64,000 nt of DNA from Escherichia coli (GTDB lineage Bacteria; Pseudomonadota; Gammaproteobacteria; Enterobacterales; Enterobacteriaceae), in assembly GCF_046105845.1 (NCBI RefSeq), contig NZ_CP151004.1; one strand, written 5' to 3'. Of this stretch, positions 10,629-22,902 are shown one piece after another (within the stretch, counting starts at the first letter, position 1; each line of letters opens with the position of its first letter). The position numbers and the translations under genes are program-made. Below the pieces are notes generated by a model, which saw only the letters and a list, made by a program, of their open reading frames with translations, ran no database searches and had not been told where the DNA came from.

Positions 10629-11507
10629 ATGTTCACGGGAAGTATTGTCGCGATTGTTACTCCGATGGATGAAAAAGGTAATGTCTGTCGGGCTAGCTTG
10701 AAAAAACTGATTGATTATCATGTCGCCAGCGGTACTTCGGCGATCGTTTCTGTTGGCACCACTGGCGAGTCCGCTACCTTAAATCATGACGAACATGCTG
10801 ATGTGGTGATGATGACGCTGGAGCTGGCTGACGGGCGCATTCCGGTGATTGCCGGGACCGGCGCTAACGCTACTGCGGAAGCCATTAGCCTGACGCAGCG
10901 CTTCAATGACAGTGGTATCGTCGGCTGCCTGACGGTAACCCCTTACTACAATCGTCCGTCGCAAGAAGGTTTGTATCAGCATTTCAAAGCCATCGCTGAA
11001 CATACTGACCTGCCGCAAATTCTGTATAATGTGCCGTCCCGGACTGGCTGCGATCTGCTCCCGGAAACGGTGGGCCGTCTGGCGAAAGTAAAAAATATTA
11101 TCGGAATCAAAGAGGCAACAGGGAACTTAACGCGTGTAAACCAGATCAAAGAGCTGGTTTCAGATGATTTTGTTCTGCTGAGCGGCGATGATGCGAGCGC
11201 GCTGGACTTCATGCAATTAGGCGGTCATGGGGTTATTTCCGTTACGGCTAACGTCGCAGCGCGTGATATGGCCCAGATGTGCAAACTGGCAGCAGAAGGG
11301 CATTTTGCCGAGGCACGCGTTATTAATCAGCGTCTGATGCCATTACACAACAAACTATTTGTCGAACCCAATCCAATCCCGGTGAAATGGGCATGTAAGG
11401 AACTGGGTCTTGTGGCGACCGATACGCTGCGCCTGCCAATGACACCAATCACCGACAGTGGTCGTGAGACGGTCAGAGCGGCGCTTAAGCATGCCGGTTT
11501 GCTGTAA
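10629..11507 (+). CDS. dapA: 4-hydroxy-tetrahydrodipicolinate synthase DapA
   Basis: 292 aa from ATG 10629 ([17 protein letters not shown]...). Confidence 0.96.
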   Translation: MFTGSIVAIVTPMDEKGNVCRASLKKLIDYHVASGTSAIVSVGTTGESATLNHDEHADVVMMTLELADGRIPVIAGTGANATAEAISLTQRFNDSGIVGCLTVTPYYNRPSQEGLYQHFKAIAEHTDLPQILYNVPSRTGCDLLPETVGRLAKVKNIIGIKEATGNLTRVNQIKELVSDDFVLLSGDDASALDFMQLGGHGVISVTANVAARDMAQMCKLAAEGHFAEARVINQRLMPLHNKLFVEPNPIPVKWACKELGLVATDTLRLPMTPITDSGRETVRAALKHAGLL

Positions 11508-11523
11508 AGTTTAGGGAGATTTG

Positions 11524-12558
11524 ATGGCTTACTCTGTTCAAAAGTCGCGCCTGGCAAAGGTTGCGGGTGTTTCGCTTGTTTTATTACTCGCTGCCTGTAG
11601 TTCTGACTCACGCTATAAGCGTCAGGTCAGTGGTGATGAAGCCTACCTGGAAGCGGCACCGCTTGCGGAGCTTCATGCCCCGGCTGGAATGATTTTGCCG
11701 GTGACCTCCGGTGATTATGCAATCCCGGTGACCAACGGTAGTGGTGCTGTCGGTAAGGCGCTGGACATTCGTCCACCAGCCCAGCCGCTGGCACTGGTTT
11801 CTGGCGCGCGTACCCAGTTCACGGGCGATACCGCTTCATTGCTGGTGGAAAATGGTCGTGGCAATACTCTGTGGCCGCAGGTGGTTAGCGTGCTGCAGGC
11901 GAAAAACTACACCATCACCCAACGTGATGATGCTGGTCAGACACTGACCACCGATTGGGTACAATGGAACCGTCTGGACGAAGACGAGCAGTATCGTGGT
12001 CGTTATCAAATCTCTGTTAAGCCGCAGGGTTATCAGCAGGCGGTTACGGTTAAACTGCTGAACCTGGAACAGGCGGGCAAACCGGTTGCAGACGCGGCTT
12101 CCATGCAGCGTTACAGCACGGAGATGATGAACGTTATTTCCGCCGGTCTGGATAAATCTGCCACTGACGCCGCGAACGCTGCGCAAAATCGTGCCTCCAC
12201 CACTATGGACGTACAAAGTGCAGCTGATGACACCGGTTTACCAATGCTGGTCGTACGCGGGCCGTTCAATGTGGTTTGGCAACGTCTGCCAGCGGCGCTG
12301 GAAAAAGTGGGCATGAAAGTGACCGACAGCACCCGTTCGCAGGGCAACATGGCCGTAACTTACAAGCCGCTGTCTGACAGCGACTGGCAGGAACTGGGCG
12401 CGAACGATCCAGGCCTGGCATCCGGTGACTATAAACTGCAGGTTGGCGATTTAGATAACCGCAGCAGCCTACAGTTCATCGATCCGAAAGGTCATACTCT
12501 GACTCAGAGTCAGAACGACGCGCTGGTAGCTGTCTTCCAGGCTGCGTTTAGCAAGTAA
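11524..12558 (+). CDS. bamC: Outer membrane protein assembly lipoprotein BamC (NlpB)
   Basis: 344 aa; lipoprotein signal with lipobox LLAACSS; immediately downstream of dapA. Confidence 0.95.
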   Translation: MAYSVQKSRLAKVAGVSLVLLLAACSSDSRYKRQVSGDEAYLEAAPLAELHAPAGMILPVTSGDYAIPVTNGSGAVGKALDIRPPAQPLALVSGARTQFTGDTASLLVENGRGNTLWPQVVSVLQAKNYTITQRDDAGQTLTTDWVQWNRLDEDEQYRGRYQISVKPQGYQQAVTVKLLNLEQAGKPVADAASMQRYSTEMMNVISAGLDKSATDAANAAQNRASTTMDVQSAADDTGLPMLVVRGPFNVVWQRLPAALEKVGMKVTDSTRSQGNMAVTYKPLSDSDWQELGANDPGLASGDYKLQVGDLDNRSSLQFIDPKGHTLTQSQNDALVAVFQAAFSK

Positions 12559-12564
12559 AAATAC

Positions 12565-12591
12565 AGGGCTGGAATCATCCGGCCCTTTTTT
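12565..12591 (+). terminator. Intrinsic terminator after bamC
   Basis: agggctgg-aatcat-ccggccct hairpin followed by a six-T run. Confidence 0.65.
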
Positions 12592-12601
12592 CTGATATGA
12601 T

Positions 12602-12617
12602 ACGCAAACGTGTGCGT
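12602..12617 (+). promoter_or_regulatory. PurR operator (pur box) upstream of purC
   Basis: ACGCAAACGTGTGCGT, a 15/16 match to the palindromic pur-box ideal ACGCAAACGTTTGCGT. Confidence 0.65.
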
Positions 12618-12663
12618 CGGCAGGAAAACGCCATTTTAGCGGTAATTCGCACGAAATTTGTTT

Positions 12664-12707
<44 letters not shown>

Positions 12708-12770
12708 ACATCCAGCACACCAGACAGCAAAAGATTTTAAAACGTTAATTCACACCCAGGAGTGATAAAG

Positions 12771-13484
12771 ATGCAAAAGCAAGCTGAGTTGTATCGTGGT
12801 AAAGCGAAAACCGTATACAGCACGGAAAACCCGGACCTGTTGGTGCTCGAATTCCGCAATGATACGTCAGCAGGGGATGGCGCGCGCATTGAGCAGTTTG
12901 ATCGCAAAGGTATGGTGAACAACAAGTTCAACTACTTCATTATGAGCAAACTGGCTGAAGCGGGTATCCCGACTCAAATGGAGCGTCTGCTCTCCGATAC
13001 CGAATGTCTGGTGAAAAAGCTGGATATGGTGCCGGTTGAGTGTGTCGTGCGTAACCGTGCTGCTGGCTCTCTGGTGAAACGTCTTGGAATCGAAGAAGGT
13101 ATTGAGCTGAACCCGCCGCTGTTCGATCTGTTCCTGAAAAACGACGCCATGCACGATCCGATGGTCAACGAATCTTACTGCGAAACCTTTGGCTGGGTGA
13201 GCAAAGAGAACCTGGCGCGTATGAAAGAGCTGACCTACAAAGCGAACGACGTGCTGAAAAAACTGTTCGATGATGCTGGTCTGATTTTGGTCGACTTTAA
13301 ACTGGAGTTTGGCCTGTACAAAGGTGAAGTGGTACTGGGCGATGAGTTCTCCCCGGACGGCAGCCGCCTGTGGGACAAAGAAACGCTGGAGAAAATGGAC
13401 AAAGACCGTTTCCGCCAGAGCCTCGGTGGCCTGATCGAAGCCTATGAAGCCGTTGCCCGCCGCCTGGGTGTACAGCTGGACTGA
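12771..13484 (+). CDS. purC: Phosphoribosylaminoimidazole-succinocarboxamide synthase PurC
   Basis: 237 aa from ATG 12771 ([28 protein letters not shown]...). Confidence 0.96.
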
Positions 13485-13500
13485 TTTTTCTATTCATCAT

Positions 13501-13525
13501 CTTGCCGTGCTGCTGGCACGGCAAG
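13501..13525 (+). terminator. Stable hairpin downstream of purC (terminator-like, no U-tract)
   Basis: cttgccgtgc-tgctg-gcacggcaag, perfect 10 bp stem 17 bp after purC stop; no T-run follows. Confidence 0.4.
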
Positions 13526-13651
13526 ACAACCGCTCTCATAAGATGTGCATTGAACGCTCATTCCTCCGCCATTTCATCCCGCTTTCCTGTGGTAATCTTC
13601 CTCTGAACCACCTACGATCATTTCTATAATGAATATATTGTTGAGGTATCT

Positions 13652-14515
13652 ATGCGTTGGCAAGGGCGACGTGAAAGTGACAATGTTGAAGACAGGCGCA
13701 ACAGCTCTGGTGGTCCGTCTATGGGCGGTCCCGGTTTTCGCCTGCCAAGCGGTAAAGGCGGGCTGATTTTACTGATAGTCGTGCTGGTTGCAGGCTACTA
13801 TGGCGTTGATTTAACCGGGTTGATGACCGGACAGCCGGTTTCCCAACAGCAATCAACACGGTCAATTAGCCCAAATGAAGACGAAGCCGCAAAATTCACT
13901 TCGGTGATTCTGGCAACCACGGAAGACACCTGGGGACAGCAATTCGAGAAGATGGGTAAAACCTATCAGCAACCGAAGCTGGTCATGTACCGTGGAATGA
14001 CGCGCACCGGCTGCGGGGCGGGCCAGTCCATTATGGGACCGTTCTATTGCCCGGCGGATGGCACGGTTTATATCGATCTCTCCTTCTATGATGAAATGAA
14101 AGACAAACTTGGCGCGGATGGCGATTTTGCCCAGGGGTACGTTATCGCCCATGAAGTCGGTCATCATGTGCAGAAACTGTTAGGCATCGAGCCGAAAGTT
14201 CGTCAACTGCAACAAAACGCGACGCAGGCGGAAGTGAACCGCTTATCTGTGCGTATGGAACTCCAGGCCGACTGTTTTGCTGGTGTCTGGGGGCATAGTA
14301 TGCAGCAGCAAGGCGTTCTGGAAACCGGCGATCTGGAAGAGGCGCTGAACGCGGCGCAGGCCATCGGCGATGACCGTTTACAACAGCAAAGTCAGGGGCG
14401 AGTAGTACCAGACAGTTTCACTCATGGCACTTCTCAGCAACGCTACAGCTGGTTTAAACGTGGTTTCGACAGCGGCGATCCGGCACAATGCAATACTTTT
14501 GGTAAAAGCATTTAA
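13652..14515 (+). CDS. ypfJ: Uncharacterised putative zinc metallopeptidase YpfJ
   Basis: 287 aa; N-terminal membrane anchor; HEVGHH zinc-binding motif ([12 protein letters not shown]). Confidence 0.9.
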   Translation: MRWQGRRESDNVEDRRNSSGGPSMGGPGFRLPSGKGGLILLIVVLVAGYYGVDLTGLMTGQPVSQQQSTRSISPNEDEAAKFTSVILATTEDTWGQQFEKMGKTYQQPKLVMYRGMTRTGCGAGQSIMGPFYCPADGTVYIDLSFYDEMKDKLGADGDFAQGYVIAHEVGHHVQKLLGIEPKVRQLQQNATQAEVNRLSVRMELQADCFAGVWGHSMQQQGVLETGDLEEALNAAQAIGDDRLQQQSQGRVVPDSFTHGTSQQRYSWFKRGFDSGDPAQCNTFGKSI

Positions 14516-14529
14516 CTTCCGGGGCAGGG

Positions 14530-16545
14530 ATGGCTGAACTGACTGCGCTTCACACATTAACAGCGCAAATGAAACGTGAAGGGATCCGCCGCTTGCTGGT
14601 GTTGAGCGGGGAAGAGGGTTGGTGTTTTGATCATGCGCTTAAGTTGCGTGATGCTTTACCTGGCGACTGGCTGTGGATTTCGCCGCAGCCAGTCGCTGAA
14701 AACCACTGTTTTCCCTCGGCGCTACAAACTTTACTTGGGCGCGAGTTCCGGCATGCGGTATTCGACGCCCGCCACGGCTTTGATGCCGCTGCCTTTGCGG
14801 CACTTAGCGGAACGTTGAAAGCGGGAAGCTGGCTGGTTTTGTTACTCCCTGTATGGGAAGAGTGGGAAAACCAACCTGATGCCGACTCGCTGCGCTGGAG
14901 TGATTGCCCTGACCCTATTGCGACGCCGCATTTTGTCCAGCATCTCAAACGCGTACTTACGGCGGATAACGACGCTATTCTCTGGCGGCAAAACCAGCCG
15001 TTCTCGTTGGCGCATTTTACTCCCCGTACTGACTGGCACCCCGCGACCGGCACACCACAACCAGAACAACAGCAACTCTTACAGCAGTTACTGACCATGC
15101 CGCCGGGCGTGGCAGCGGTAACGGCTGCGCGTGGGCGCGGTAAATCGGCGTTGGCAGGGCAACTCATTTCTCGTATTGCGGGCAGTGCGATTGTCACCGC
15201 GCCCGCAAAAGCGGCAACGGATGTACTGGCACAATTTGCGGGCGAGAAGTTTCGCTTTATTGCACCGGATGCCTTGTTAGCCAGCGATGAGCAAGCCGAC
15301 TGGCTGGTGGTCGATGAAGCCGCAGCCATACCTGCGTCGTTGTTGCATCAACTGGTATCGCGTTTTCCTCGAACGTTGTTAACCACTACGGTGCAGGGCT
15401 ACGAAGGTACCGGACGTGGTTTTTTGCTGAAATTTTGCGCTCGCTTTCCGCATTTACACCGTTTTGAATTGCAACAGCCGATCCGCTGGGCACAGGGATG
15501 CCCGCTGGAAAAAATGGTTAGTAATGCACTGGTTTTTGACGATGAAAACTTCACCCATACACCACAAGGCAATATCGTCATTTCCGCATTTGAACAGACG
15601 TTATGGCGAAGCGATCCAGAAACGCCGTTAAAGGTTTATCAGTTATTGTCTGGCGCGCACTACCGGACCTCGCCGCTGGATTTACGCCGTATGATGGATG
15701 CACCAGGGCAACATTTTTTACAGGCGGCTGGCGACAACGAGATTGCCGGAGCGCTGTGGCTGGTGGATGAGGGCGGATTATCTCAAGAACTCAGTCAGGC
15801 GGTATGGGCAGGTTTTCGTCGCCCGCGGGGTAATCTGGTGGCCCAGTCGCTGGCGGCGCACGGCAGCAATCCACTGGCAGCGACATTGCGTGGACGGCGG
15901 GTAAGCCGGATAGTAGTTCATCCGGCGCGTCAGCGGGAAGGCACAGGGCGGCAACTGATTGCTGGTGCTTTGCAATATACGCAAGGCCTCGACTATCTTT
16001 CGGTGAGTTTTGGTTACACCGGGGAATTATGGCGTTTCTGGCAACGCTGCGGATTTGTGCTGGTGCGAATGGGTAATCATCGTGAAGCCAGCAGCGGTTG
16101 CTATACGGCGATGGCACTGTTACCGATGAGTGATGCGGGTAAACAGCTGGCTGAACGTGAGCATTACCGTTTACGTCGCGATGCGCAAGCTCTCGCGCAG
16201 TGGAATGGCGAAACGCTCCCTGTTGATCCACTAAACGATGCCGTCCTTTCTGACGACGACTGGCTTGAACTGGCCGGTTTTGCTTTCGCTCATCGTCCGC
16301 TATTAACATCGTTAGGTTGCTTAATGCGTCTGTTACAAACCAGCGAACTGGCATTACCGGCGCTGCGTGGGCGTTTACAGAAAAACGCCAGTGACGCGCA
16401 GTTATGTACCACACTTAAACTTTCAGGCCGTAAGCTGTTACTGGTCCGTCAACGCGAAGAAGCTGCGCAGGCGCTGTTCGCACTTAATGATGTTCGCACT
16501 GAGCGTTTGCGCGATTGCATAACGCAATGGCAATTTTTTCACTGA
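14530..16545 (+). CDS. tmcA: tRNA(Met) cytidine acetyltransferase TmcA
   Basis: 671 aa; Walker A RGRGKS; C-terminal GNAT-like region. Confidence 0.93.
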   Translation: MAELTALHTLTAQMKREGIRRLLVLSGEEGWCFDHALKLRDALPGDWLWISPQPVAENHCFPSALQTLLGREFRHAVFDARHGFDAAAFAALSGTLKAGSWLVLLLPVWEEWENQPDADSLRWSDCPDPIATPHFVQHLKRVLTADNDAILWRQNQPFSLAHFTPRTDWHPATGTPQPEQQQLLQQLLTMPPGVAAVTAARGRGKSALAGQLISRIAGSAIVTAPAKAATDVLAQFAGEKFRFIAPDALLASDEQADWLVVDEAAAIPASLLHQLVSRFPRTLLTTTVQGYEGTGRGFLLKFCARFPHLHRFELQQPIRWAQGCPLEKMVSNALVFDDENFTHTPQGNIVISAFEQTLWRSDPETPLKVYQLLSGAHYRTSPLDLRRMMDAPGQHFLQAAGDNEIAGALWLVDEGGLSQELSQAVWAGFRRPRGNLVAQSLAAHGSNPLAATLRGRRVSRIVVHPARQREGTGRQLIAGALQYTQGLDYLSVSFGYTGELWRFWQRCGFVLVRMGNHREASSGCYTAMALLPMSDAGKQLAEREHYRLRRDAQALAQWNGETLPVDPLNDAVLSDDDWLELAGFAFAHRPLLTSLGCLMRLLQTSELALPALRGRLQKNASDAQLCTTLKLSGRKLLLVRQREEAAQALFALNDVRTERLRDCITQWQFFH

Positions 16546-16618
16546 CTCCTTCAATTTTCTCCCATGGTCATTGTGAGTCAGCGGCGTAAAATTAATGACA
16601 TCAGTTAAGGAGTTCGCC

Positions 16619-17317
16619 ATGAAACATGACCATTTTGTTGTTCAAAGCCCGGATAAACCTGCGCAACAGTTGTTACTGCTTTTCCACGGTGTCGGGGATA
16701 ACCCGGTGGCAATGGGGGAAATAGGCAGCTGGTTTGCGCCGCTATTTCCTGATGCGCTGGTGGTGAGTGTCGGTGGCGCGGAGCCGAGCGGTAATCCGGC
16801 GGGGCGTCAGTGGTTTTCGGTGCAGGGTATTACGGAAGATAATCGCCAGGAGCGTGTGGATGCCATCATGCCGACGTTTATTGAAACGGTACGCTACTGG
16901 CAGAAACAGAGCGGAGTAGGGGCTAACGCCACGGCGCTAATCGGTTTCTCACAAGGCGCGATTATGGCGCTGGAGAGCATTAAAGCCGAACCGGGCCTTG
17001 CTTCGCGCGTCATTGCCTTCAACGGACGCTACGCGAGCCTGCCGGAAACTGCGTCTACAGCCACGACAATTCACCTGATTCATGGCGGTGAAGATCCGGT
17101 TATCGATCTGGCGCATGCGGTTGCGGCGCAGGAAGCGTTAATCAGTGCCGGTGGTGACGTGACGCTGGATATCGTGGAGGATTTAGGCCATGCGATCGAC
17201 AATCGCAGTATGCAATTTGCCCTGGATCACTTGCGTTATACCATTCCGAAACATTATTTCGACGAAGCGCTAAGTGGCGGTAAGCCTGGCGATGATGATG
17301 TGATTGAAATGATGTAA
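16619..17317 (+). CDS. ypfH: Esterase YpfH (phospholipase/carboxylesterase family)
   Basis: 232 aa from ATG 16619 preceded by AAGGAG; nucleophile-elbow motif GFSQG. Confidence 0.92.
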   Translation: MKHDHFVVQSPDKPAQQLLLLFHGVGDNPVAMGEIGSWFAPLFPDALVVSVGGAEPSGNPAGRQWFSVQGITEDNRQERVDAIMPTFIETVRYWQKQSGVGANATALIGFSQGAIMALESIKAEPGLASRVIAFNGRYASLPETASTATTIHLIHGGEDPVIDLAHAVAAQEALISAGGDVTLDIVEDLGHAIDNRSMQFALDHLRYTIPKHYFDEALSGGKPGDDDVIEMM

Positions 17318-17325
17318 TAATAGCC

Positions 17326-17390
17326 GGGTAGGCCTGATAAGACTGTATCAGGCATCATGGCCGGATGTGGCGTGAACGCCTTATCCGGCC
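17326..17390. repeat. Composite REP (BIME-like) element between convergent ypfH and ypfN
   Basis: gtaggcctgataagac...atcaggc followed by ggccggatgtggcgtgaacgccttatccggcc (canonical REP). Confidence 0.75.
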
Positions 17391-17397
17391 GCTCAGC

Positions 17398-17598
17398 TTA
17401 CTTCTTCGGTTGATCCTTTTTCGGCCAGTCGTCGTCATCGTCCCACTTATCGTTGAAATCACGATGCGGGGGAAGCTCCGGCTTGTTGGCGAGAAATTTC
17501 TTATGGTCGACGCGCTTGAGATCTTTAATCACGTTCAGCAGGACGCCTACCAAAAAGACAATCACCAGAATCCACCAATATTTAGCCAGCCAGTCCAT
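17398..17598 (-). CDS. ypfN: Small membrane protein YpfN
   Basis: 66 aa from ATG 17598 ([34 protein letters not shown]...); one TM helix then an acidic tail. Confidence 0.88.
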
Positions 17599-17625
17599 GC
17601 TTATTTCCTCTTGCAGAACCACTCA

Positions 17626-18753
17626 TCAGGCGACGAGCTGTTCCATGATACGTTGATACATACGGGCAAGTAGCTGCAGGTCGGCAGCGTTCACACATTC
17701 ATTAATTTTATGAATAGTGGCATTGACCGGCCCGAGTTCCACCACCTGCGCCCCCATGCGGGCAATAAAGCGCCCGTCGGACGTTCCGCCTGTGGTCAGT
17801 AGCTGCGGTTTAATTTCATTATAGTGCTCAACCGCGTTAACGACCGCATCCACCAGTTTACCTCGCGCGGTCAAAAATGGCTGCCCGGAAAGCCACCAAT
17901 CCACCGTATAGCGCAGTTGATGTTTTTCAAGCAGGGCAAGTACCTGCGCTTTGATCATCTCATCAGTCAGTTCGGTACTGAAGCGGAAGTTAAACTGCAC
18001 AAACAGTTCACCCGGAATAACGTTGTTACTGCCCGTTCCCGCCTGAATATTGGCAATCTGCATACTGGTCGCCGGGAAGAATTCATTGCCCTGATCCCAC
18101 TCAATAGCCACTAATTCATTAAGGAAAGGTGCTGCGCGATGTACCGGATTGTCAGCCAGATGTGGGTAGGCAACATGCCCCTGCACGCCATGAATGGTGA
18201 GGTTGCAGGTTAACGATCCGCGACGACCATTTTTCACCACATCACCTACCACTTCGATACTCGACGGTTCGCCGACCAGGCAGTAATCGAGACGCTCATT
18301 ACGCGCCATTAACGCTTCGACGACTTTTACCGTACCGTTGTGGGCACTGGCTTCTTCATCAGAGGTGATCAGAAATGCCAGTCGTCCCGTATGGTTGGGA
18401 TGTTGTGCGACAAAGCGTTCTGCAGCTACCACCATCGCCGCCAGCGAGCCTTTCATATCTGCCGCACCGCGCCCGAATAACATACCGTCACGAATGGTCG
18501 GTTCAAACGGCGGATTGATCCAACGATCGGCGTCGCCAGGCGGCACCACGTCGGTATGCCCGGCAAAGGCCAACGTTTCACCTTGCCCACGCCATGCCCA
18601 AAAATTCTGCGTATCGGCAAAATCCATGCGTTCAACGGTAAAACCGATCGCCTGCAAACGTTCAATCAACAAAGCCTGGCATCCTGCGTCATCAGGACTC
18701 AGGGAAGGGCGGCGAATAAGCTGTTGTGTCAGCTCAATAACCGGGCACGACAT
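17626..18753 (-). CDS. dapE: Succinyl-diaminopimelate desuccinylase DapE
   Basis: 375 aa; M20 peptidase family sequence; start 3 bp after yffB stop. Confidence 0.96.
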
Positions 18754-18756
18754 AGA

Positions 18757-19131
<375 letters not shown>

Positions 19132-19493
19132 CTATGAGAATAAATACTCATTTAAGGGTGAAAACATTTTGCCTGCAAATGATTATCAGGAAATATAACA
19201 TTATCGAAGTATTAAAATTAACAACTATTAAATAATATTAAACATTTTTAACGTAAACATTAAGAATATTCATCTTGTTATCTGTCTGTATTTTAACCAG
19301 AATTAAATCAGTATTAGATGCCGTATGAATATCTCGAAATGTTGCTGTGTATCACATACAAATCATCACCGCAGGACCATAGTATTTACATAAGGTTTGT
19401 CCCCCGGAGGTAGTCATCGCAGCAATCGAGTAAATTAGCTTCACCACGGTATATTGTTTCCGTAGAATACCCATAATTATAAGAGAGGTTGTT

Positions 19494-19553
19494 ATGATTG
19501 AACGTGAACTGGGGAACTGGAAAGACTTTATCGAAGTTATGCTTCGTAAGTAA
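19494..19553 (+). CDS. ypfM: Small protein YpfM (19 aa)
   Basis: ATG at 19494 preceded by AGAGAGG; MIERELGNWKDFIEVMLRK; below the ORF-track size cut-off. Confidence 0.7.
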   Translation: MIERELGNWKDFIEVMLRK

Positions 19554-19613
19554 TTCCTGAGACAAAGTACAAACAGCAAGAACCCGCTGAGCAGGTTCTT
19601 AATCGGAAAGTTG

Positions 19614-19648
19614 AAAAAGGCGACACATTGGCATGTCGCCTTTTTTAT
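19614..19648. terminator. Bidirectional intrinsic terminator between ypfM (+) and acrD (-)
   Basis: aaaaaggcgacacattggcatgtcgcctttttt: GC stem flanked by A-run and T-run, directly after acrD stop (19652). Confidence 0.8.
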
Positions 19649-19651
19649 TGC

Positions 19652-22600
19652 TTATTCCGGGCGCGGCTTCAGCGGGAAGCGGCGGCGCACCAGCACAAAG
19701 AACAGCGGCACGAAGTAAATAGCCAGAATAGTGGCCGAAATCATCCCGCCCATTACGCCAGTACCCACCGCATGCTGACCACCGGAACCGGCACCCGTGC
19801 TGGTTGCCATTGGCAATACGCCGAAGATAAATGCCAGCGAGGTCATCAGAATCGGGCGTAAACGCTGACGGCAGGCGTGGAGCGTCGCTTCAAACAGGTC
19901 GTGGCCTTTTTGGTTCATCTCGTTAGCAAACTCGACGATCAGGATGGCGTTTTTCGCCGATAAACCAATGACCGTTAACAGGCCCACCTGGAAGTAAACG
20001 TCGTTTTCCAGCCCGCGCATCCAGGTTGCCAGCAGCGCGCCGATAACCCCCAGCGGCACGACCAGCATTACCGAGAACGGCACCGACCAGCTTTCATACA
20101 GCGCCGCCAGACACAGGAATACCACCAGCAAGGAAATGGCGTACAGCGCCGGAGCCTGCGCGCCGGAAAGCCGCTCCTGATACGACATCGCCGTCCACTC
20201 CAGACCAAAGCCGTTTGGCAGCTGCTTCACTAACGATTCCATAATATCCATCGCCGTACCGGTACTGACCCCCGGTGCGGCTTCCCCGACAATCTCTACC
20301 GCAGAATAACCGTTATAGCGTTCCAGACGCGGCGAGCCTGTCTCCCAGCGTGAGGTCGCGAAAGCAGAGAAGGGCACCATGCCGCCATCTTTATTTCGGA
20401 CATACCAGAGATTGATGTCATCTGGCAGCATGCGATATGGCGCAGCTGCCTGCACATAGACTTTCTTCACGCGACCGCGATCCATAAAGTCATTCACATA
20501 GCTCGAACCCCAGGCGGTTTGCAGCGTGTCGTTAATATCGTCGATAGCAACGCCCAGCGCCTGAGCTTTACGCTGGTCGATATCGATCTGCAACTGCGGA
20601 CTGTCATCGAGGCCGTTATGGCGCACACGGGTTAGCTCCGGGTTTTCCGCCGCCAGCGCCAGCAACTGGTTACGTGCTGCCATCAGCGCATCGTGACCTG
20701 CCCCAGCGTGGTCCTGCAACTCCATATCAAAACCTGCAGAACTGCCAAGACCGCTAATTGCTGGCGGGCTGCTGGCGATAACGCGAGCTTCTTTAATCTT
20801 GTTAAACGCCTTCGTTGCACGCTCGATAATGGCAAACGAGGTGCCGGTCTTACTGTCGCGTTCGCTCCAGTCTTTCAGGCGGATAAACATTCGCGCCACG
20901 TTTTGCCCGTTACCCCCAGGGCCAGAACCAACGGTGGCAAACACCGACATGATGTTGTCTTTTTCATGGGTGAAGTAATATTTCTCGATTTGCTCAACGA
21001 CTTTCAGGGTCTGTTGTTGGGTTGAACCGCTGGGCAACTGTACCGAGGTAGTAAACATGCCACGGTCTTCAAGTGGCAAGAACGACGTCGGCAAACGCAG
21101 GAACAGGAACACCATGCCGCCAAGCAGCAGGACATAAATCACAATCCAGCGCAGGCTACGGTGGAGAATTTTCGCCACCCCTTTTTCGTAGCGTTCGGCG
21201 TTGCGGTTAAACATCTGGTTAAACCAGGCAAAAAAGCCTTTTTGCCCGTGATGCTCACCCTTTTTCAGTGGCTTAAGTAGCGTGGCACACAGAGCCGGAG
21301 TGAGGATCATCGCTACCAGTACTGACAGCACCATCGCCGCAACAATGGTAATAGAGAACTGGCGATAGATGGCACCGGTGGTGCCGCCGAAGAAGGCCAT
21401 TGGTACAAATACCGCCGAAAGCACCATCGCAATCCCGACCAGTGCCCCCTGGATCTGCCCCATCGATTTACGTGTGGCTTCGCGAGGAGTGAGTCCTTCC
21501 TCACTCATAATACGTTCGACGTTTTCCACCACCACGATGGCGTCATCCACCAGCAGACCGATCGCCAGCACCATCGCGAACATGGTTAAGGTGTTGACGC
21601 TGTAACCGAAGGCATAAAGTACGGAGAAGGTTCCCATCAACACCACCGGCACGGCAATAGTGGGTATCAGCGTGGCGCGGAAGTTTTGCAGGAACAGATA
21701 CATAACGAGGAAAACCAGAGCGATAGCTTCCAGCAGCGTTTTCACCACGTCTTCAATGGAGGCTTTAACAAACGAGGTGGTTTCATACGCCACCTTGTAT
21801 TCCAGTCCATGCGGGAAATACTGCGCCAGCTCGTCAAGACGATTGAGCACCAGCTCCGCTGTCGCCATTTCGTTCGCGCCGGAGGCCAGTTTTACCCCCA
21901 ACCCGGAGGCTGGCTTACCATTGAAGCGGCTAAGATAATCGTATTTCTCCGCCCCCATTTCGACGGTGGCGACATCGCCCAGCCTTACCTCTGAGCCGTC
22001 CTGATTCACCCGCAAGGTGATATCGCGGAACTGTTCTGGTGTTTGCAGCAGTGACTGGGCGTTAATGGTGGCGTTGAGCGCCTGCTTATCGACGGAAGGT
22101 GTACCACCAAGTTGCCCAACCGCAATCTGCGCGTTCTGTGACTCAATGGCATCAGTGACATCTTTAGCCGTCATCTGGAAACTGTTGAGTTTCGCCGGGT
22201 CCAGCCAGATACGCATGGAATATTGCGAACCATAGGCATCGATATCCCCGACGCCATTCACGCGGCTTAACGGATCCTGAATATTACTGGCAACGTAATC
22301 GGCAATATCCTGTTTATCCATCGAACCATCGGTAGAGACGAAGGCAATGGTCAGAATATTGGTATCGCCGGTTTTACGCACCGTCACGCCCTGATTTTGC
22401 ACCGCCTGCGGTAACTTTCGCATGGCTGATTGCAGCTGGTTTTGTACTTGCTGCACGGCTTCGTCCGGATCGGTGCCTGCTTTAAAACTTAAAGTGACAG
22501 ATGCCTGGCCGGTGCCACTGCTCTGAGACGACATATACATCAAATTATCGAGGCCGGTCATATTTTGCTCGATAACCTGGGTCACGGTGTTTTCCAGCGT

Positions 22601-22765
22601 CTGGGCCGATGCGCCGGGATAGTTAGCGGTCACTCGCACATTCGGTGGCGCGAGATCGGGGTATTGTTCAACGGGCAATGAAAAAATCGCCAGGGTCCCT
22701 GTCAGACACAACAGGATTGCCAGCACCCAGGCAAAAATGGGGCGATCAATAAAGAAATTCGCCAT
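19652..22765 (-). CDS. acrD: RND-family aminoglycoside efflux pump AcrD
   Basis: 1037 aa; N-terminus [21 protein letters not shown] typical of AcrB/AcrD. Confidence 0.96.
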   Translation of the reverse strand: MANFFIDRPIFAWVLAILLCLTGTLAIFSLPVEQYPDLAPPNVRVTANYPGASAQTLENTVTQVIEQNMTGLDNLMYMSSQSSGTGQASVTLSFKAGTDPDEAVQQVQNQLQSAMRKLPQAVQNQGVTVRKTGDTNILTIAFVSTDGSMDKQDIADYVASNIQDPLSRVNGVGDIDAYGSQYSMRIWLDPAKLNSFQMTAKDVTDAIESQNAQIAVGQLGGTPSVDKQALNATINAQSLLQTPEQFRDITLRVNQDGSEVRLGDVATVEMGAEKYDYLSRFNGKPASGLGVKLASGANEMATAELVLNRLDELAQYFPHGLEYKVAYETTSFVKASIEDVVKTLLEAIALVFLVMYLFLQNFRATLIPTIAVPVVLMGTFSVLYAFGYSVNTLTMFAMVLAIGLLVDDAIVVVENVERIMSEEGLTPREATRKSMGQIQGALVGIAMVLSAVFVPMAFFGGTTGAIYRQFSITIVAAMVLSVLVAMILTPALCATLLKPLKKGEHHGQKGFFAWFNQMFNRNAERYEKGVAKILHRSLRWIVIYVLLLGGMVFLFLRLPTSFLPLEDRGMFTTSVQLPSGSTQQQTLKVVEQIEKYYFTHEKDNIMSVFATVGSGPGGNGQNVARMFIRLKDWSERDSKTGTSFAIIERATKAFNKIKEARVIASSPPAISGLGSSAGFDMELQDHAGAGHDALMAARNQLLALAAENPELTRVRHNGLDDSPQLQIDIDQRKAQALGVAIDDINDTLQTAWGSSYVNDFMDRGRVKKVYVQAAAPYRMLPDDINLWYVRNKDGGMVPFSAFATSRWETGSPRLERYNGYSAVEIVGEAAPGVSTGTAMDIMESLVKQLPNGFGLEWTAMSYQERLSGAQAPALYAISLLVVFLCLAALYESWSVPFSVMLVVPLGVIGALLATWMRGLENDVYFQVGLLTVIGLSAKNAILIVEFANEMNQKGHDLFEATLHACRQRLRPILMTSLAFIFGVLPMATSTGAGSGGQHAVGTGVMGGMISATILAIYFVPLFFVLVRRRFPLKPRPE

Positions 22766-22835
22766 TAAAAGAGGACCTCGTGTTTCTGCGTATCGTTGTA
22801 GGCTTGACTTGCTTCACTGTAGCGGCAAGGTACGA

Positions 22836-22853
22836 GCCAATCGTGGAGAAAAA
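22836..22853 (-). promoter_or_regulatory. BaeR box in the acrD promoter
   Basis: Minus strand reads TTTTTCTCCACGATTGGC, matching the BaeR consensus TTTTTCTCCATDATTGGC; about 70-90 bp upstream of acrD ATG. Confidence 0.65.
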
Positions 22854-22876
22854 AAGGAGTTAATGTAAATTATCAT

Positions 22877-22902
22877 GCCCTTTTATACTGAACTTTAAGG
22901 GC
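22877..22902 (-). terminator. Weak terminator-like hairpin after narQ
   Basis: gccctt-N14-aagggc stem downstream of narQ stop, followed on the minus strand by an A/U-rich stretch. Confidence 0.3.

Noticed and set aside
13444-13629. 61 aa ORF spanning the purC 3-prime end and the purC-ypfJ spacer
   Set aside because: It overlaps the purC terminator hairpin, has no ribosome-binding site and shows no recognisable sequence features; most likely it is just the leader or promoter region of ypfJ (a TATAAT at 13626..13631 lies about 20 bp upstream of the ypfJ ATG).
19352-19579. 75 aa minus-strand ORF overlapping ypfM
   Set aside because: It is antisense to ypfM in an AT-rich region with no ribosome-binding site, and runs through the ypfM start; treated as spurious.
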